From a virus (Duplodnaviria > Caudoviricetes): a DNA stretch of 33,585 nt. Numbering within the stretch: the stretch's first letter is position 1; every line of letters begins with the position of its first letter. Both the position numbers and the translations under genes were made by a program. The stretch spans positions 1 to 33,585 of the IMG/VR virus record IMGVR_UViG_3300025403_000028; one strand, given 5' to 3'. Below are positions 9,574 to 18,448 of this stretch, in pieces. A model generated the notes under the pieces. That model saw nothing but the letters and a program-made list of their open reading frames with translations. It was not told where the DNA came from and searched no databases.

Positions 9574-10523
9574 TAGGTTCCACCACCAATATACATTCTC
9601 TGCGGCACAAACCGTAAAGAAGCCTTCTCTCTGTCCTCTGTTGAAGCCAAATCCCAGGATTCATCGTATTGTTGCTTAAGTATTTGTAGTCTATTTAGCC
9701 CATCTGGTACTTTTAAACATAAATAATAAGCCAAACCAGACACCATACAGTTTACAAACCTGAATGGCACATCCATTATGTTGACTCCATTACCAACATC
9801 TTGCATTCTGCGTAGTCTCCAGTACACAAACTGGTAACTTGCGGCTGAATCAGGCGTTGGCCATACAGTAATACTGTTCTTTTGAGACAAAATGATAGGA
9901 GCACCCAAAGCATGAGATGCCGCAGTTGTATTTTGCTGGCCTCTAGTGCAGTTTAATAGGTAAGGCGGGTTGCCATTTGCGGCTGGTTGCACTTCGTTAT
10001 ACCCAATTAACTCGGAATCTAACGTAATCCAACCTGCATTTGGTAAACCAATAAGAGAATTTACAGCTATAGTGGTATCTGTCGTACCAATAGCGGCCGA
10101 AATTGCATTACTTGTAGGTTGATTATTAGCCGTTAAACGCTGAATCCAAACCTGAATAGGTCTTCCTTGATTTAACTTGTTAGGCAAGGTAGCATAAGTA
10201 TCAATACTAATACGCGTAATTGTTAAATCGGCCTGGTTACTGGCCACATTTGCATTAGTTCTAATGACGTTTTCAATAATATCTACTGTGTCATCGGGCA
10301 ATGCGTATGTAGGCTGACCTTGAACAAGAGGGATATAGTCCTGCTCAAATGTCCACATATTAAGACCACGATTGGCCCAGTCTGTAAACAATAAATTAAG
10401 AGAACGCCTAGCAGTCCTTACGTCATAACCGCTTCTTACTTCAACTCCAACGCGCTCATAAGCCTCCTCTATAACATCAGTTAACTGAAGATTAAACGCG
10501 GAAGAACCAGAAGTAGTAGCCAT
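9573..10523 (-). CDS. putative tail tubular/head-completion protein with inserted domain
   Basis: IEEAYER.G...ARRSLNLLF.DWANRGLN; VWPTPD; GLAYYL; insert ending RGQQNTTAASH. Confidence 0.6.
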   Translation of the reverse strand: MATTSGSSAFNLQLTDVIEEAYERVGVEVRSGYDVRTARRSLNLLFTDWANRGLNMWTFEQDYIPLVQGQPTYALPDDTVDIIENVIRTNANVASNQADLTITRISIDTYATLPNKLNQGRPIQVWIQRLTANNQPTSNAISAAIGTTDTTIAVNSLIGLPNAGWITLDSELIGYNEVQPAANGNPPYLLNCTRGQQNTTAASHALGAPIILSQKNSITVWPTPDSAASYQFVYWRLRRMQDVGNGVNIMDVPFRFVNCMVSGLAYYLCLKVPDGLNRLQILKQQYDESWDLASTEDREKASLRFVPQRMYIGGGT

Positions 10524-10777
10524 TATTTAGGAGCTACACAAGTTAATGTTACAGCAACAGGAGTGGGTGCAACAAGTTGCACTTCTTCTACAACTTCAAT
10601 TACAGGCTCAAAAATAACATTGTTAACAGGTGCTACAACATAATTTTCTAAACCGTCAATAATCTCTTGAAGATCATCTGCAATATGGCCATGATCTCTT
10701 TGCTGTTGTACCGCACGAACTTTAAGCTCGCTAAGCAAGTATTCAGCTTTTTCTTCAATAATATTTAATAAACTCAT
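10523..10777 (-). CDS. acidic hypothetical protein
   Basis: 84 aa, translationally coupled to neighbours. Confidence 0.55.
   Translation of the reverse strand: MSLLNIIEEKAEYLLSELKVRAVQQQRDHGHIADDLQEIIDGLENYVVAPVNNVIFEPVIEVVEEVQLVAPTPVAVTLTCVAPK
10567..10582. repeat. 16-bp palindrome copy 2
   Basis: GTGCAACAAGTTGCAC, inside a CDS. Confidence 0.9.
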
Positions 10778-10983
10778 TTTGCGGCCCTCATGTTGTCAAC
10801 TAGATTTGGATAAGGTCTACCAGCGGCCTTTGCCATTGCTTTAGCCTTTGCTTTTTTGGAAGAAGATAACTTCTTGGGTTTGCCAAGTCCTTTTGGACGA
10901 GGCTTATCCCAAACTTCTCCACCCTTCTTCTTGCCAGGCACTTTTGAAGGATTAATATCACCCATGCCACGGCTTGAAATCAT
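10774..10983 (-). CDS. small basic protein
   Basis: SRGMGDINPSK; KKKGG; AGRPYPNLVDNM. Confidence 0.65.
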   Translation of the reverse strand: MISSRGMGDINPSKVPGKKKGGEVWDKPRPKGLGKPKKLSSSKKAKAKAMAKAAGRPYPNLVDNMRAAK

Positions 10984-11255
10984 CGCATATGTCCTTTGGT
11001 ATGGCCGCGTTCAATGCAACCGTCTGCACGGTGTGATGCACCGCCCTTAGACATTTTATGCTTAACCTTGCCACCCTTTTTCATGTTTTTACTAGCCTCT
11101 TGTGCGGCAGTATTGGTCTTCTCTTGGGTTTTTTGTTCGTTACGTTGTTTTTCCATATCGTAACGATCTTTAGGTGAAACATAATCTGCATCTGATTCGT
11201 CAGTGCGTTGAGGATTTACAAAGCCTCTACCAGCTCCAGCATCTTTTGTAGCCAT
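10980..11255 (-). CDS. small basic KKGG-motif protein
   Basis: MKKGG; C-terminal RADGCIERGHTKG. Confidence 0.65.
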   Translation of the reverse strand: MATKDAGAGRGFVNPQRTDESDADYVSPKDRYDMEKQRNEQKTQEKTNTAAQEASKNMKKGGKVKHKMSKGGASHRADGCIERGHTKGHMR

Positions 11256-11258
11256 GAT

Positions 11259-11462
11259 TTATCCTTTGACGTGACCGCCACCACACATCACAATTTTGCC
11301 TTTGGTGTGCCCTTTTTCAGCGCAACCATCAGCACGTTCGTGACAGCGATGAGCCATACCACCTTTTTTCATCATACCTCCTGGACGAGCCGCCGCCATT
11401 CCTGGTCTAACAGGCATCTTTCCAGCCATAGGAGGACGTATAGTCATTTGTGGCATTGGCAT
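11259..11462 (-). CDS. small Met/Pro/Gly-rich KKGG-motif protein
   Basis: MMKKGG; RADGCAEKGHTKG. Confidence 0.6.
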   Translation of the reverse strand: MPMPQMTIRPPMAGKMPVRPGMAAARPGGMMKKGGMAHRCHERADGCAEKGHTKGKIVMCGGGHVKG

Positions 11463-11465
11463 GAT

Positions 11466-11699
11466 TTATCCTTTGTGATGTACATGACCACCATGCTTAT
11501 AAGCTTGATGCTTATGCAAGTGCTCTACAGTTTCATGATGCTTAGTATGTCCAGCGGCGTGCTCACCATAATGATGATGATGGTGTTTATGTCCACCTTC
11601 CTCATGCTCTTTTAAATGGTGAACTGCGTGCTTGTGCTCATGATGATGCTCATGACCAGCAGGATGGACGTGCTTGTGGTGCTCTGGATGATGTGACAT
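11466..11699 (-). CDS. histidine-rich protein
   Basis: 32 of 77 residues are His; SD AAGGA upstream; fits exactly between neighbours. Confidence 0.65.
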   Translation of the reverse strand: MSHHPEHHKHVHPAGHEHHHEHKHAVHHLKEHEEGGHKHHHHHYGEHAAGHTKHHETVEHLHKHQAYKHGGHVHHKG

Positions 11700-11708
11700 T
11701 TTTAGTCC

Positions 11709-12191
11709 TTATTTCTTGTGATGAGTTTTACCGCCACGCTTCATAGCTGGGCCTTTAACGTTATACAAAGGTCCATCGCCAACTGTGTTGCCCTTCATCT
11801 TAGGCATCATAGCTTTTGTAGCGCCTTTTTTCTCAACAGAGTGCTCGCCGTGTGGTTTTCTACCGCCCTCAGTAACTTTGCTCATCTTGGCTGTAGTCAT
11901 GCCTTTTTTCTCTTCAATACCATGCATACCAGTAGTTGATCCACCAGATGCCATTTTTTTGACGTGACCGCCGTGTTTCATCGCCATTTGCAAATGATGA
12001 TGAGCCATTTTCATATGATGCCCGTGAGCTTCGTGATCTTTCATTTCTCCACCTCTTTTAAATGTGCGGCCTGTGTCCGCTTTACTGAACTCCTGCCCCA
12101 CACTACGCGGGACTCCCACTTTCTTGGCGAACGCTGGATTGTGGGCCACCGCCTCCATGAAATTATGTTGTGCTTTTGATTTACTTGGCAT
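11709..12191 (-). CDS. basic His/Met/Lys-rich protein
   Basis: MPSKSKAQHNFMEAVAHNPAFAKKVGV; FKRGG, MKHGG, MASGG, MKRGG. Confidence 0.65.
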   Translation of the reverse strand: MPSKSKAQHNFMEAVAHNPAFAKKVGVPRSVGQEFSKADTGRTFKRGGEMKDHEAHGHHMKMAHHHLQMAMKHGGHVKKMASGGSTTGMHGIEEKKGMTTAKMSKVTEGGRKPHGEHSVEKKGATKAMMPKMKGNTVGDGPLYNVKGPAMKRGGKTHHKK

Positions 12192-12192
12192 A

Positions 12193-12381
12193 TTAGAATT
12201 TTACAATCCAACCTTTACCAAATGCAAATCCAACCACAATTGCTCCAATCCAAATAAGAATCTTGTTGATAACAGTCTTACCTACTTGTTTGTAAAACTC
12301 ACCAGCCAATTCTTCAATGGCAATCTTTGCCGCTTCTTTGGCTATAGCTTGTTCGCGTTCTGTTAATTCTATATCTGACAT
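12193..12381 (-). CDS. small membrane protein
   Basis: likely start MSDIEL at 12381 (SD GAGG); C-terminal TM helix. Confidence 0.55.
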   Translation of the reverse strand: MSDIELTEREQAIAKEAAKIAIEELAGEFYKQVGKTVINKILIWIGAIVVGFAFGKGWIVKF

Positions 12382-12383
12382 AT

Positions 12384-12671
12384 TTACCTCATTGTGCCTT
12401 TTGTAAGACCACGAATTGCACATCCATCAGCACATTTCCAAACCCTCAAGCTTTTGTTAATGCGGCTATTAGGATCATGCGCTGTCTTTTCTGAAGTTAA
12501 CTTTTTCTTCATACCTTCCATTCTGGCACAAAATGATTTTTTCCTAGAGCCACCCTCTGGTTGAGGAGGCTTTAGATCATGCCCTTCTTTCTTGGCAGAA
12601 GCTCTACCTTTAGCATTTAAGCCGCCATTTGGGTTTTTACCCTCTTTGCGTTGCCATGCTGGAGTAGACAT
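12384..12671 (-). CDS. basic phage protein (resembles DUF6321-type)
   Basis: AWQRKEGKNPNGGLNAKGRAS...SFCARM...RINKSLR.WKC. Confidence 0.6.
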   Translation of the reverse strand: MSTPAWQRKEGKNPNGGLNAKGRASAKKEGHDLKPPQPEGGSRKKSFCARMEGMKKKLTSEKTAHDPNSRINKSLRVWKCADGCAIRGLTKGTMR

Positions 12672-15220
12672 TAAGCCATCGCCTCTTGTGCAACAACGTT
12701 AATTTGAACAGTAGCACCAGCAGAAGAAGTTACAGCAACCGTCAAAATGTCGGCTACGTTACCTTTAATGTTGGTAAGCACTGGGAAGAAGTTGCTTAAA
12801 TCAAGCTGTTGCAAACCGTTAGGAGGAGTTGAGAATGCATACACAACCTCACCTCCAGCCAAAGTGGTAGCACTTAAATCTTGCTCAGCAAATGAGTTAT
12901 ATGAACCCAATGTGTTAAGTGCAACAAAGTTTGCTTGACTTAAAGACAATTGGTTAGTAGGCGTACTTGAAATTAACTCAACCAAACAAGTTGCAGATGA
13001 ATTTAATAACAATGTTGCAGGCAATAATTGACCGCGATCAATCAAACCAATTTGATAGTTATTTCCAGATGATGGACTATTTGCTAATGGTAAACCCGTA
13101 ACAACATCACCAAATGTTATTGCACTGGTTGTATTAGATGTAATACGGCCTGTGTATGGAGATACAGCAGATGCTCCAGATGTATAGTTTGCAGGAGCAG
13201 AAGCAAAGTAACCCCAGCTAACCACAATTGTAGTAGTTGGATTTGTAGTTGGTATTGTTACAGAGTAAATACCATTCATGTAAGCAGGAGTTGATCCGCT
13301 AATAATAATTACATCACCCTGTTTCAAATTATGAACAGAGCTAAATGTAATTGTAGATGTGTAGTTTGTAATACCAGCTACAGTTCCAGATGCAGGATTT
13401 GAAATGGCGCTGATAGATGGCAAACTGGCCTGGTAATAAACAAACTTACCAACCCACTGATTTGCACCCCAATATGTTCCAGTTGGATTTGTTGTGGCTG
13501 TTACACCTGTCAACAATTGAATTGGAAGAATCATTGTGGTTGTAGATGGCACTTGCTGAATTAACCAAGTCTGAGCGGCATATGTGGTTGTGGCGGTCAA
13601 AGTGCCAGTACCAGTAGTTTGTGCAGAGCTAACTTGATAAGTACCCAGTCCACCAGGTGCATATGAGTTATATGTGCCAGATGCTTGAGCTGTAAATGCC
13701 TTATTAATCGTAATGGTAGCGCCATTAACCGCAGTAATGTACGTTGCTGTTGGTACGCCTGTACCCGCAAACAACTGGCCTACTGCAAACGATGTACCAG
13801 CCGCCAATACAACAACACTTGATCCAACTGCGCCACCGCTTGCAAAAGCTTGTGAACCCACAGCAGAACTTGTAGCAGTCAATTGAGCAACAATGGTTGG
13901 AGAACCTGTAACACCAGTTCCTGACAATATTTGTCCAACTTGAAGAGCTCCAGTAGCTACAGCAGTTGTAACTGTTAAAGTTGTTCCAGAGAATGCGTAG
14001 TTTCCAGTTGCAACAGTACCTACTTCAGTAAATGAACTAAGAGTAATGTACTGAGCTGGGCTATTAGCATTGGCTGGGTTAGTCACTGCATAACCATGAG
14101 CAGAACCAAATGTAACCAAAGCCTGACCACTGTTTGGCTGTCCTACTACAGAAGATATAGAAGGAGTAGCCGCGCTAATTGTCAAAGTCGTAGGTGATCC
14201 ACCCGTAGCCGCCGCATTGCTTTGATCAAAAATATCAGAACCAACAGCTCTCATCCTAAATGACATTGCAGGATAGCGAACAGAAGATGCAGGAACTGAA
14301 CGGTTTTGAGTTTTAGCATCATTACCATATGAATAGGTAAATCCACGCTGTTTATCAATTGATCCTTCAATCAATACTGACACACCATAGTGAGTCATTA
14401 ATGATGCTGTACTACTTCCGTTATCTCTTTGCTCATAACGAACAGGCAAGTTACCAGTACGGCTCCAAGGCTTAACTTGAGCAACGCCGTTAATAACACC
14501 ATTACCAGTACCAACTTGATGCAATACCCAAGGCTCGCCATTAAGGACTACGCCCCAACGAAGAGCACCTGCGCCGTACCAAGCATATTCCATCCATATC
14601 ATTTGAACTTTAGTCCAATCAAGTGCATAGATAATATTCTTATTACCGTTCCATGCCTCGCAAGGAATAATCTGATCAACTACGCCATTACTTCCAGAGT
14701 CAGAACGAATAACTACATACATAGCTCCTGGATTTAGAGGTCCAGTAGGCCCAGTCTGCATAAAGAAAATACCATTGGAATCATCAAAAATACCAACACG
14801 TTGAGTTTGGCCAGTAACAGAACTACCAAAGTTAACGTTAGATGCCATGTAAAAAGTCTTACCTGGCTGGTATCTGTGATAAGGACGGCTTTGACGAATC
14901 GTAATATCACCAGGAGTATTACCTCCACCAATGTTCATTGATACGCCACCCAAACCAGGATTCTGAACAATGTAAGCTTGTCCAGATGTATTCTGAATAA
15001 AGTTTTCCCAACGCAAAGGTTGTACGCCGTATTCAAAGTCGGCATCATAAATATTTTGCGATTGGCTAACTTTTAACTTACCAACAACATCACGCAAACG
15101 CTGGGGCGCTACAAACTCAGCGGCCCCGTCAATACCTTGCCAAGCGGTGCTGGGGGTTTGTGTCCCCATACTAGCCGTTTGGTTATTAGGCGAGAAAAAA
15201 TTAAACAGATTCAAACCCAT
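12671..15220 (-). CDS. large multi-domain virion protein
   Basis: 849 aa; lectin-like N-terminal part (YQPGK, WYGAG) with several inserted Thr/Gly-rich beta modules (SAHGY, VHNLKQGD.IIISG). Confidence 0.6.
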   Translation of the reverse strand: MGLNLFNFFSPNNQTASMGTQTPSTAWQGIDGAAEFVAPQRLRDVVGKLKVSQSQNIYDADFEYGVQPLRWENFIQNTSGQAYIVQNPGLGGVSMNIGGGNTPGDITIRQSRPYHRYQPGKTFYMASNVNFGSSVTGQTQRVGIFDDSNGIFFMQTGPTGPLNPGAMYVVIRSDSGSNGVVDQIIPCEAWNGNKNIIYALDWTKVQMIWMEYAWYGAGALRWGVVLNGEPWVLHQVGTGNGVINGVAQVKPWSRTGNLPVRYEQRDNGSSTASLMTHYGVSVLIEGSIDKQRGFTYSYGNDAKTQNRSVPASSVRYPAMSFRMRAVGSDIFDQSNAAATGGSPTTLTISAATPSISSVVGQPNSGQALVTFGSAHGYAVTNPANANSPAQYITLSSFTEVGTVATGNYAFSGTTLTVTTAVATGALQVGQILSGTGVTGSPTIVAQLTATSSAVGSQAFASGGAVGSSVVVLAAGTSFAVGQLFAGTGVPTATYITAVNGATITINKAFTAQASGTYNSYAPGGLGTYQVSSAQTTGTGTLTATTTYAAQTWLIQQVPSTTTMILPIQLLTGVTATTNPTGTYWGANQWVGKFVYYQASLPSISAISNPASGTVAGITNYTSTITFSSVHNLKQGDVIIISGSTPAYMNGIYSVTIPTTNPTTTIVVSWGYFASAPANYTSGASAVSPYTGRITSNTTSAITFGDVVTGLPLANSPSSGNNYQIGLIDRGQLLPATLLLNSSATCLVELISSTPTNQLSLSQANFVALNTLGSYNSFAEQDLSATTLAGGEVVYAFSTPPNGLQQLDLSNFFPVLTNIKGNVADILTVAVTSSAGATVQINVVAQEAMA

Positions 15221-15237
15221 AAAAACTCCTATTAAAT

Positions 15238-15261
15238 CAAAGAAAGGGGCGCAAGGCCCCT
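15238..15261 (-). terminator. intrinsic terminator
   Basis: minus strand AGGGGC-CTTGC-GCCCCT followed by TTCTTT, just after the stop at 15267. Confidence 0.65.
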
Positions 15262-15266
15262 AGCTA

Positions 15267-15998
15267 TTAGTCGAAGTTACCGTATGGGTAAGTTGTTGAA
15301 TTACCGATGTTAGGATCAGCCTGTGTGTAACGAACAGTAAAGTTGAGCTTACCGCCTGTAGGCACTGCAACAGAAGTAGAACCTGTAATACTCAATGTAA
15401 ACACAATTTGTGAGAAGAAACTTGGCTGTGTTCCCACTTGTGGATTTTGAATATCAGAAGTTGTTGCCAGCATATTGATCAAGTTAGTTGCTGTGTAAGT
15501 CGTAGACAAACGACCTGCTGTACCAACACCAGTGCTTGAAGAAATAACGGCTGTACCATATGTTGGTGTACCGCCTGCGGCTGTGTAGTTGTTAGAAACA
15601 AACACAGATGTGTTAGACAATGTTGCGCCACTTTCGCCAGTAATAGCAAGTAAGTAATCAACTGTAATGTCTTGAATAACACTGTTGATTGGAACGTACA
15701 TTACCGCGCCACGATAAATCTGGCCACTTGAACCAGTAACGTCAGCAGGGATTGTTTGTGTTGTTGGTCCTGCATTTTGGAATGCAGAGCTAGGTGTATA
15801 TACAGTAGCATTCTGGTTTGGTATCACGTTTGATGATACAAACTGTCCTGATGCTCCGCTATAACCAGCGGTGTTTACTGTTGTATTGGATAAATCAATA
15901 TAACAAGTTTGGACTAACTCTGTGTAACCAATATCGCGAAGAGGTCCAAAACGATTGTCACCCGATATGATCGGGCCGTCAAATGTACTGCGTGCCAT
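15267..15998 (-). CDS. putative capsid decoration/minor structural protein
   Basis: MARSTFDGP N-terminus; beta-rich; directly downstream of the major capsid gene. Confidence 0.55.
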   Translation of the reverse strand: MARSTFDGPIISGDNRFGPLRDIGYTELVQTCYIDLSNTTVNTAGYSGASGQFVSSNVIPNQNATVYTPSSAFQNAGPTTQTIPADVTGSSGQIYRGAVMYVPINSVIQDITVDYLLAITGESGATLSNTSVFVSNNYTAAGGTPTYGTAVISSSTGVGTAGRLSTTYTATNLINMLATTSDIQNPQVGTQPSFFSQIVFTLSITGSTSVAVPTGGKLNFTVRYTQADPNIGNSTTYPYGNFD

Positions 15999-16006
15999 TA
16001 TAAGTT

Positions 16007-16083
16007 TCCTTATGCAAAAGATACCTTGTTAATCGTTGCATCGTCTGCTGGGCCAGTGGCAACAAGGTTGAATTCCCAGATGC
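16007..16083 (-). ncRNA. candidate structured 5' leader RNA (pseudoknotted)
   Basis: CUGGG/CCCAG, ACCUUGUU/AACAAGGU and AUGCAA/UUGCAU complementarities, interleaved, ending at the SD. Confidence 0.45.
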
Positions 16084-16087
16084 CCTT

Positions 16088-16115
16088 AATATACACTATT
16101 TTCAAATATAGTCAA
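16088..16115 (-). promoter_or_regulatory. sigma70-like promoter
   Basis: TTGACT-16 nt-TATATT just downstream of the capsid terminator. Confidence 0.5.
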
Positions 16116-16127
16116 CAAATTTTGTAT

Positions 16128-16154
16128 AAAAAAAGGGCCCCTTGTGAGGGCCCT
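16128..16154 (-). terminator. intrinsic terminator after the major capsid gene
   Basis: AGGGCCCT-CACAA-GGGGCCCT followed by a T run. Confidence 0.8.
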
Positions 16155-16160
16155 CCTTAA

Positions 16161-16176
16161 GTGCAACAAGTTGCAC
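16161..16176. repeat. 16-bp palindrome copy 3
   Basis: GTGCAACAAGTTGCAC, between the MCP stop and its terminator. Confidence 0.9.
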
Positions 16177-16182
16177 CTGATC

Positions 16183-17085
16183 TTAATAAGAACCGTAGAT
16201 TCCTAGTGGATCAGACCAGCCAAAGCTATAACGCTCGCGGGATTTGTAACGGACGTTACCTGTATCAAAGTCACCGTCCATTGAGTTCTGTAAGGACACG
16301 CGCTCAAAGTGCTTAAGTCCGTTAGGAACGTCAGTGGTCAGGAACCATGCGTTAGGTGCTGTCAAGAAGTGGTTAACTGTGTAACCTTCTGGGATAGAAC
16401 CGTTGTTCTTGATAGCGTTCAAGTCGTTGTTGTTAGTACCAACGCGCAACTCTGTGTCTAATAGACGAGTAGCAACGAACATGAGTGCTGGGGGAACAAT
16501 CAATTTCTTGGGACGTGCGGCAATCAAAAGTCCACGCTCGTCTGTCCATGCGGCGATTTGAATAACGGCATTCTCAAGGGATGTCTCATTCAAATCAGCA
16601 GGAGTAGATGGAGTGTTGGCGTTTGTACCACCGTTAACCAATGGGTGAGCACTGTTCAATAAAGATACGCCGTCACCGCCAACGTATTGGCTGTTAAATG
16701 CGTTGTTCAAAGTTGAAGCGGCTTTAACCTGCTTGGTATACGCCATAGCGCGAGCTAGACCCTTGGTATAACGTGCTGACAAAGAGTCATACAAGTTATC
16801 TTCAATCGCTTCTTCAGTGATTGAGAATCCAAGAGCAATAGTCTCGTGGTTATAACGTGCTGTGAATGCTTCTTGCGCATTGTCATAAGCAAGGGATTGA
16901 CCCTCGTTTTTGACTGGTGCGGCTGAGAAGCCAGACAGCTTGGTTTCTTCTTCAAAGCTACGCTCAGATTTCTCTGTTTCGTAGATTTCTTTATGCTCTT
17001 CGCCGTAACGGGCATACTCTAAACCGAACAATGCGTTCAATCCAGGGAGCAACTCTTTCAGTAGTTGTGCGCGTGAAATAGCCAT
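16183..17085 (-). CDS. major capsid protein
   Basis: 300 aa, biased high-expression codon usage, strong SD AAGGAG; MAISRAQLLKELLPGLN...KLIVPPAL...RERYSFGWSDP; followed by a terminator. Confidence 0.85.
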   Translation of the reverse strand: MAISRAQLLKELLPGLNALFGLEYARYGEEHKEIYETEKSERSFEEETKLSGFSAAPVKNEGQSLAYDNAQEAFTARYNHETIALGFSITEEAIEDNLYDSLSARYTKGLARAMAYTKQVKAASTLNNAFNSQYVGGDGVSLLNSAHPLVNGGTNANTPSTPADLNETSLENAVIQIAAWTDERGLLIAARPKKLIVPPALMFVATRLLDTELRVGTNNNDLNAIKNNGSIPEGYTVNHFLTAPNAWFLTTDVPNGLKHFERVSLQNSMDGDFDTGNVRYKSRERYSFGWSDPLGIYGSY

Positions 17086-17100
17086 GTTTTAGCTCCTTAA

Positions 17101-17988
17101 TTAAACGCCAGTAGCATTGAAGTAGCTGTGGAAACCAAAGTTCCAAGTTACCAATACTTCTGGATAGCCAGTGAATGAAAAACCAACAGCAGTCGATTGT
17201 GCAGTTGTAACAGCGGAGCTGATAGTTACTGCTGTACCGTTTACTTTGGTTACCCAGGTGTTTGAACCTGCCAAAATGCCAGGGCCGTTAACAGCCATTC
17301 CAGCAACAATACCAGAGTTAGCGGCAGATAAAGTAATAGTTGTGCTAGAACTTGTACCTGTTTGCAACACTGTTACTGCTGTATCTGGAACCATTCCAAC
17401 AATACGCAAAGGAGCACCACTTGTTAATGGAGCACTTGTTGTAGATGTCGTAGTAGCAGAAGCAGAAAGAGCAATACCAGCAGTAGAGTCACCGCTAGTT
17501 GTAGAGCCGCCTGGACCTGTATAGAAAGCATTTGCACCAATATATGCGTTGTTAGCATAGTATGGTGTAAATGTTGAACTTACAGTACCAGTGTTAGCTG
17601 TACCGCCGTTAACTATAACACCTTTGAAGATCGCTTGAGGATCATCAACAACATAACCAATACAGTCTGTTGCGGCTGTACTAGCTTGCCAATAGTTGAA
17701 ACGGTTTTTGCCGTAAATTGGACCGCTAGTATTTGTATATTCACAACCAACAAATACACCAATGGTGTTTGAGGAAGGAACAGATGTGCTGTTATATGTC
17801 AAGCCAGTTTGGATCAATGTTCCAATCGTAGCTCCTGTATAACCAATATCAACAATGTCACCATTGAAGAGCGAGTTGCTGTAACCGTTGTTGATAGGGA
17901 ACATTCTGGTTGAACCAGAAAACACCCTACCACCAATTAGGTTTACAGGCTTTAGCCCGTAAGGGGCTGGGATAATAGGATAAGCCAT
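17101..17988 (-). CDS. capsid-associated (cement/decoration) protein
   Basis: PYGLKPV...LFNGD...IGVFVGCEY...VVDDP motifs; immediately upstream of the MCP. Confidence 0.6.
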   Translation of the reverse strand: MAYPIIPAPYGLKPVNLIGGRVFSGSTRMFPINNGYSNSLFNGDIVDIGYTGATIGTLIQTGLTYNSTSVPSSNTIGVFVGCEYTNTSGPIYGKNRFNYWQASTAATDCIGYVVDDPQAIFKGVIVNGGTANTGTVSSTFTPYYANNAYIGANAFYTGPGGSTTSGDSTAGIALSASATTTSTTSAPLTSGAPLRIVGMVPDTAVTVLQTGTSSSTTITLSAANSGIVAGMAVNGPGILAGSNTWVTKVNGTAVTISSAVTTAQSTAVGFSFTGYPEVLVTWNFGFHSYFNATGV

Positions 17989-17998
17989 TTAAATTCCT

Positions 17999-18448
17999 TT
18001 ATTTGAGACTTGCACTTAACCCTCGTCCGCGTGTGACCTCAGAGTATTTCTCAGAGAACTTACGCATTCTTGGATCGTTATCTTTCATAAAACTGTTGTC
18101 AACCGATTCCATTTGATCTGCGGCTTGCTTAGCGTAATACCGATCATAAGCTTTGACTTTTTCTACGGTATTTTTACATAGAATCAATCCACCTATCTCG
18201 ACATTACCGTTTACAGAACCTTCAAGCATAAGCTCTGGGTGATCTGAAGCTTTCACTGGTTCCCATCCATCGCGCCTCATACGAGACAATCTAATGGCAT
18301 CTGGATTGCCTAAGATATGAGTTAGCACATAGCGATACTCATAACCAGGTTCAGGTGTTGGGTCTGGTAGTGAACTAGCAGGCTTGTAATCAATATGAAC
18401 TTCTTTTTCGCGTGTTTCTAAATCACGGGTTTTTTTAACATCAACCAT
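17999..18448 (-). CDS. conserved head-module protein
   Basis: likely start MVDVKK at 18448 (SD GGAG); GWEPV...IGGLILC. Confidence 0.6.
   Translation of the reverse strand: MVDVKKTRDLETREKEVHIDYKPASSLPDPTPEPGYEYRYVLTHILGNPDAIRLSRMRRDGWEPVKASDHPELMLEGSVNGNVEIGGLILCKNTVEKVKAYDRYYAKQAADQMESVDNSFMKDNDPRMRKFSEKYSEVTRGRGLSASLK

Noticed and set aside
12981-12996. Partial match to the 16-bp palindrome (ACCAAACAAGTTGCAG); a similar partial lies near 5580
   Set aside because: Four or more mismatches and broken symmetry
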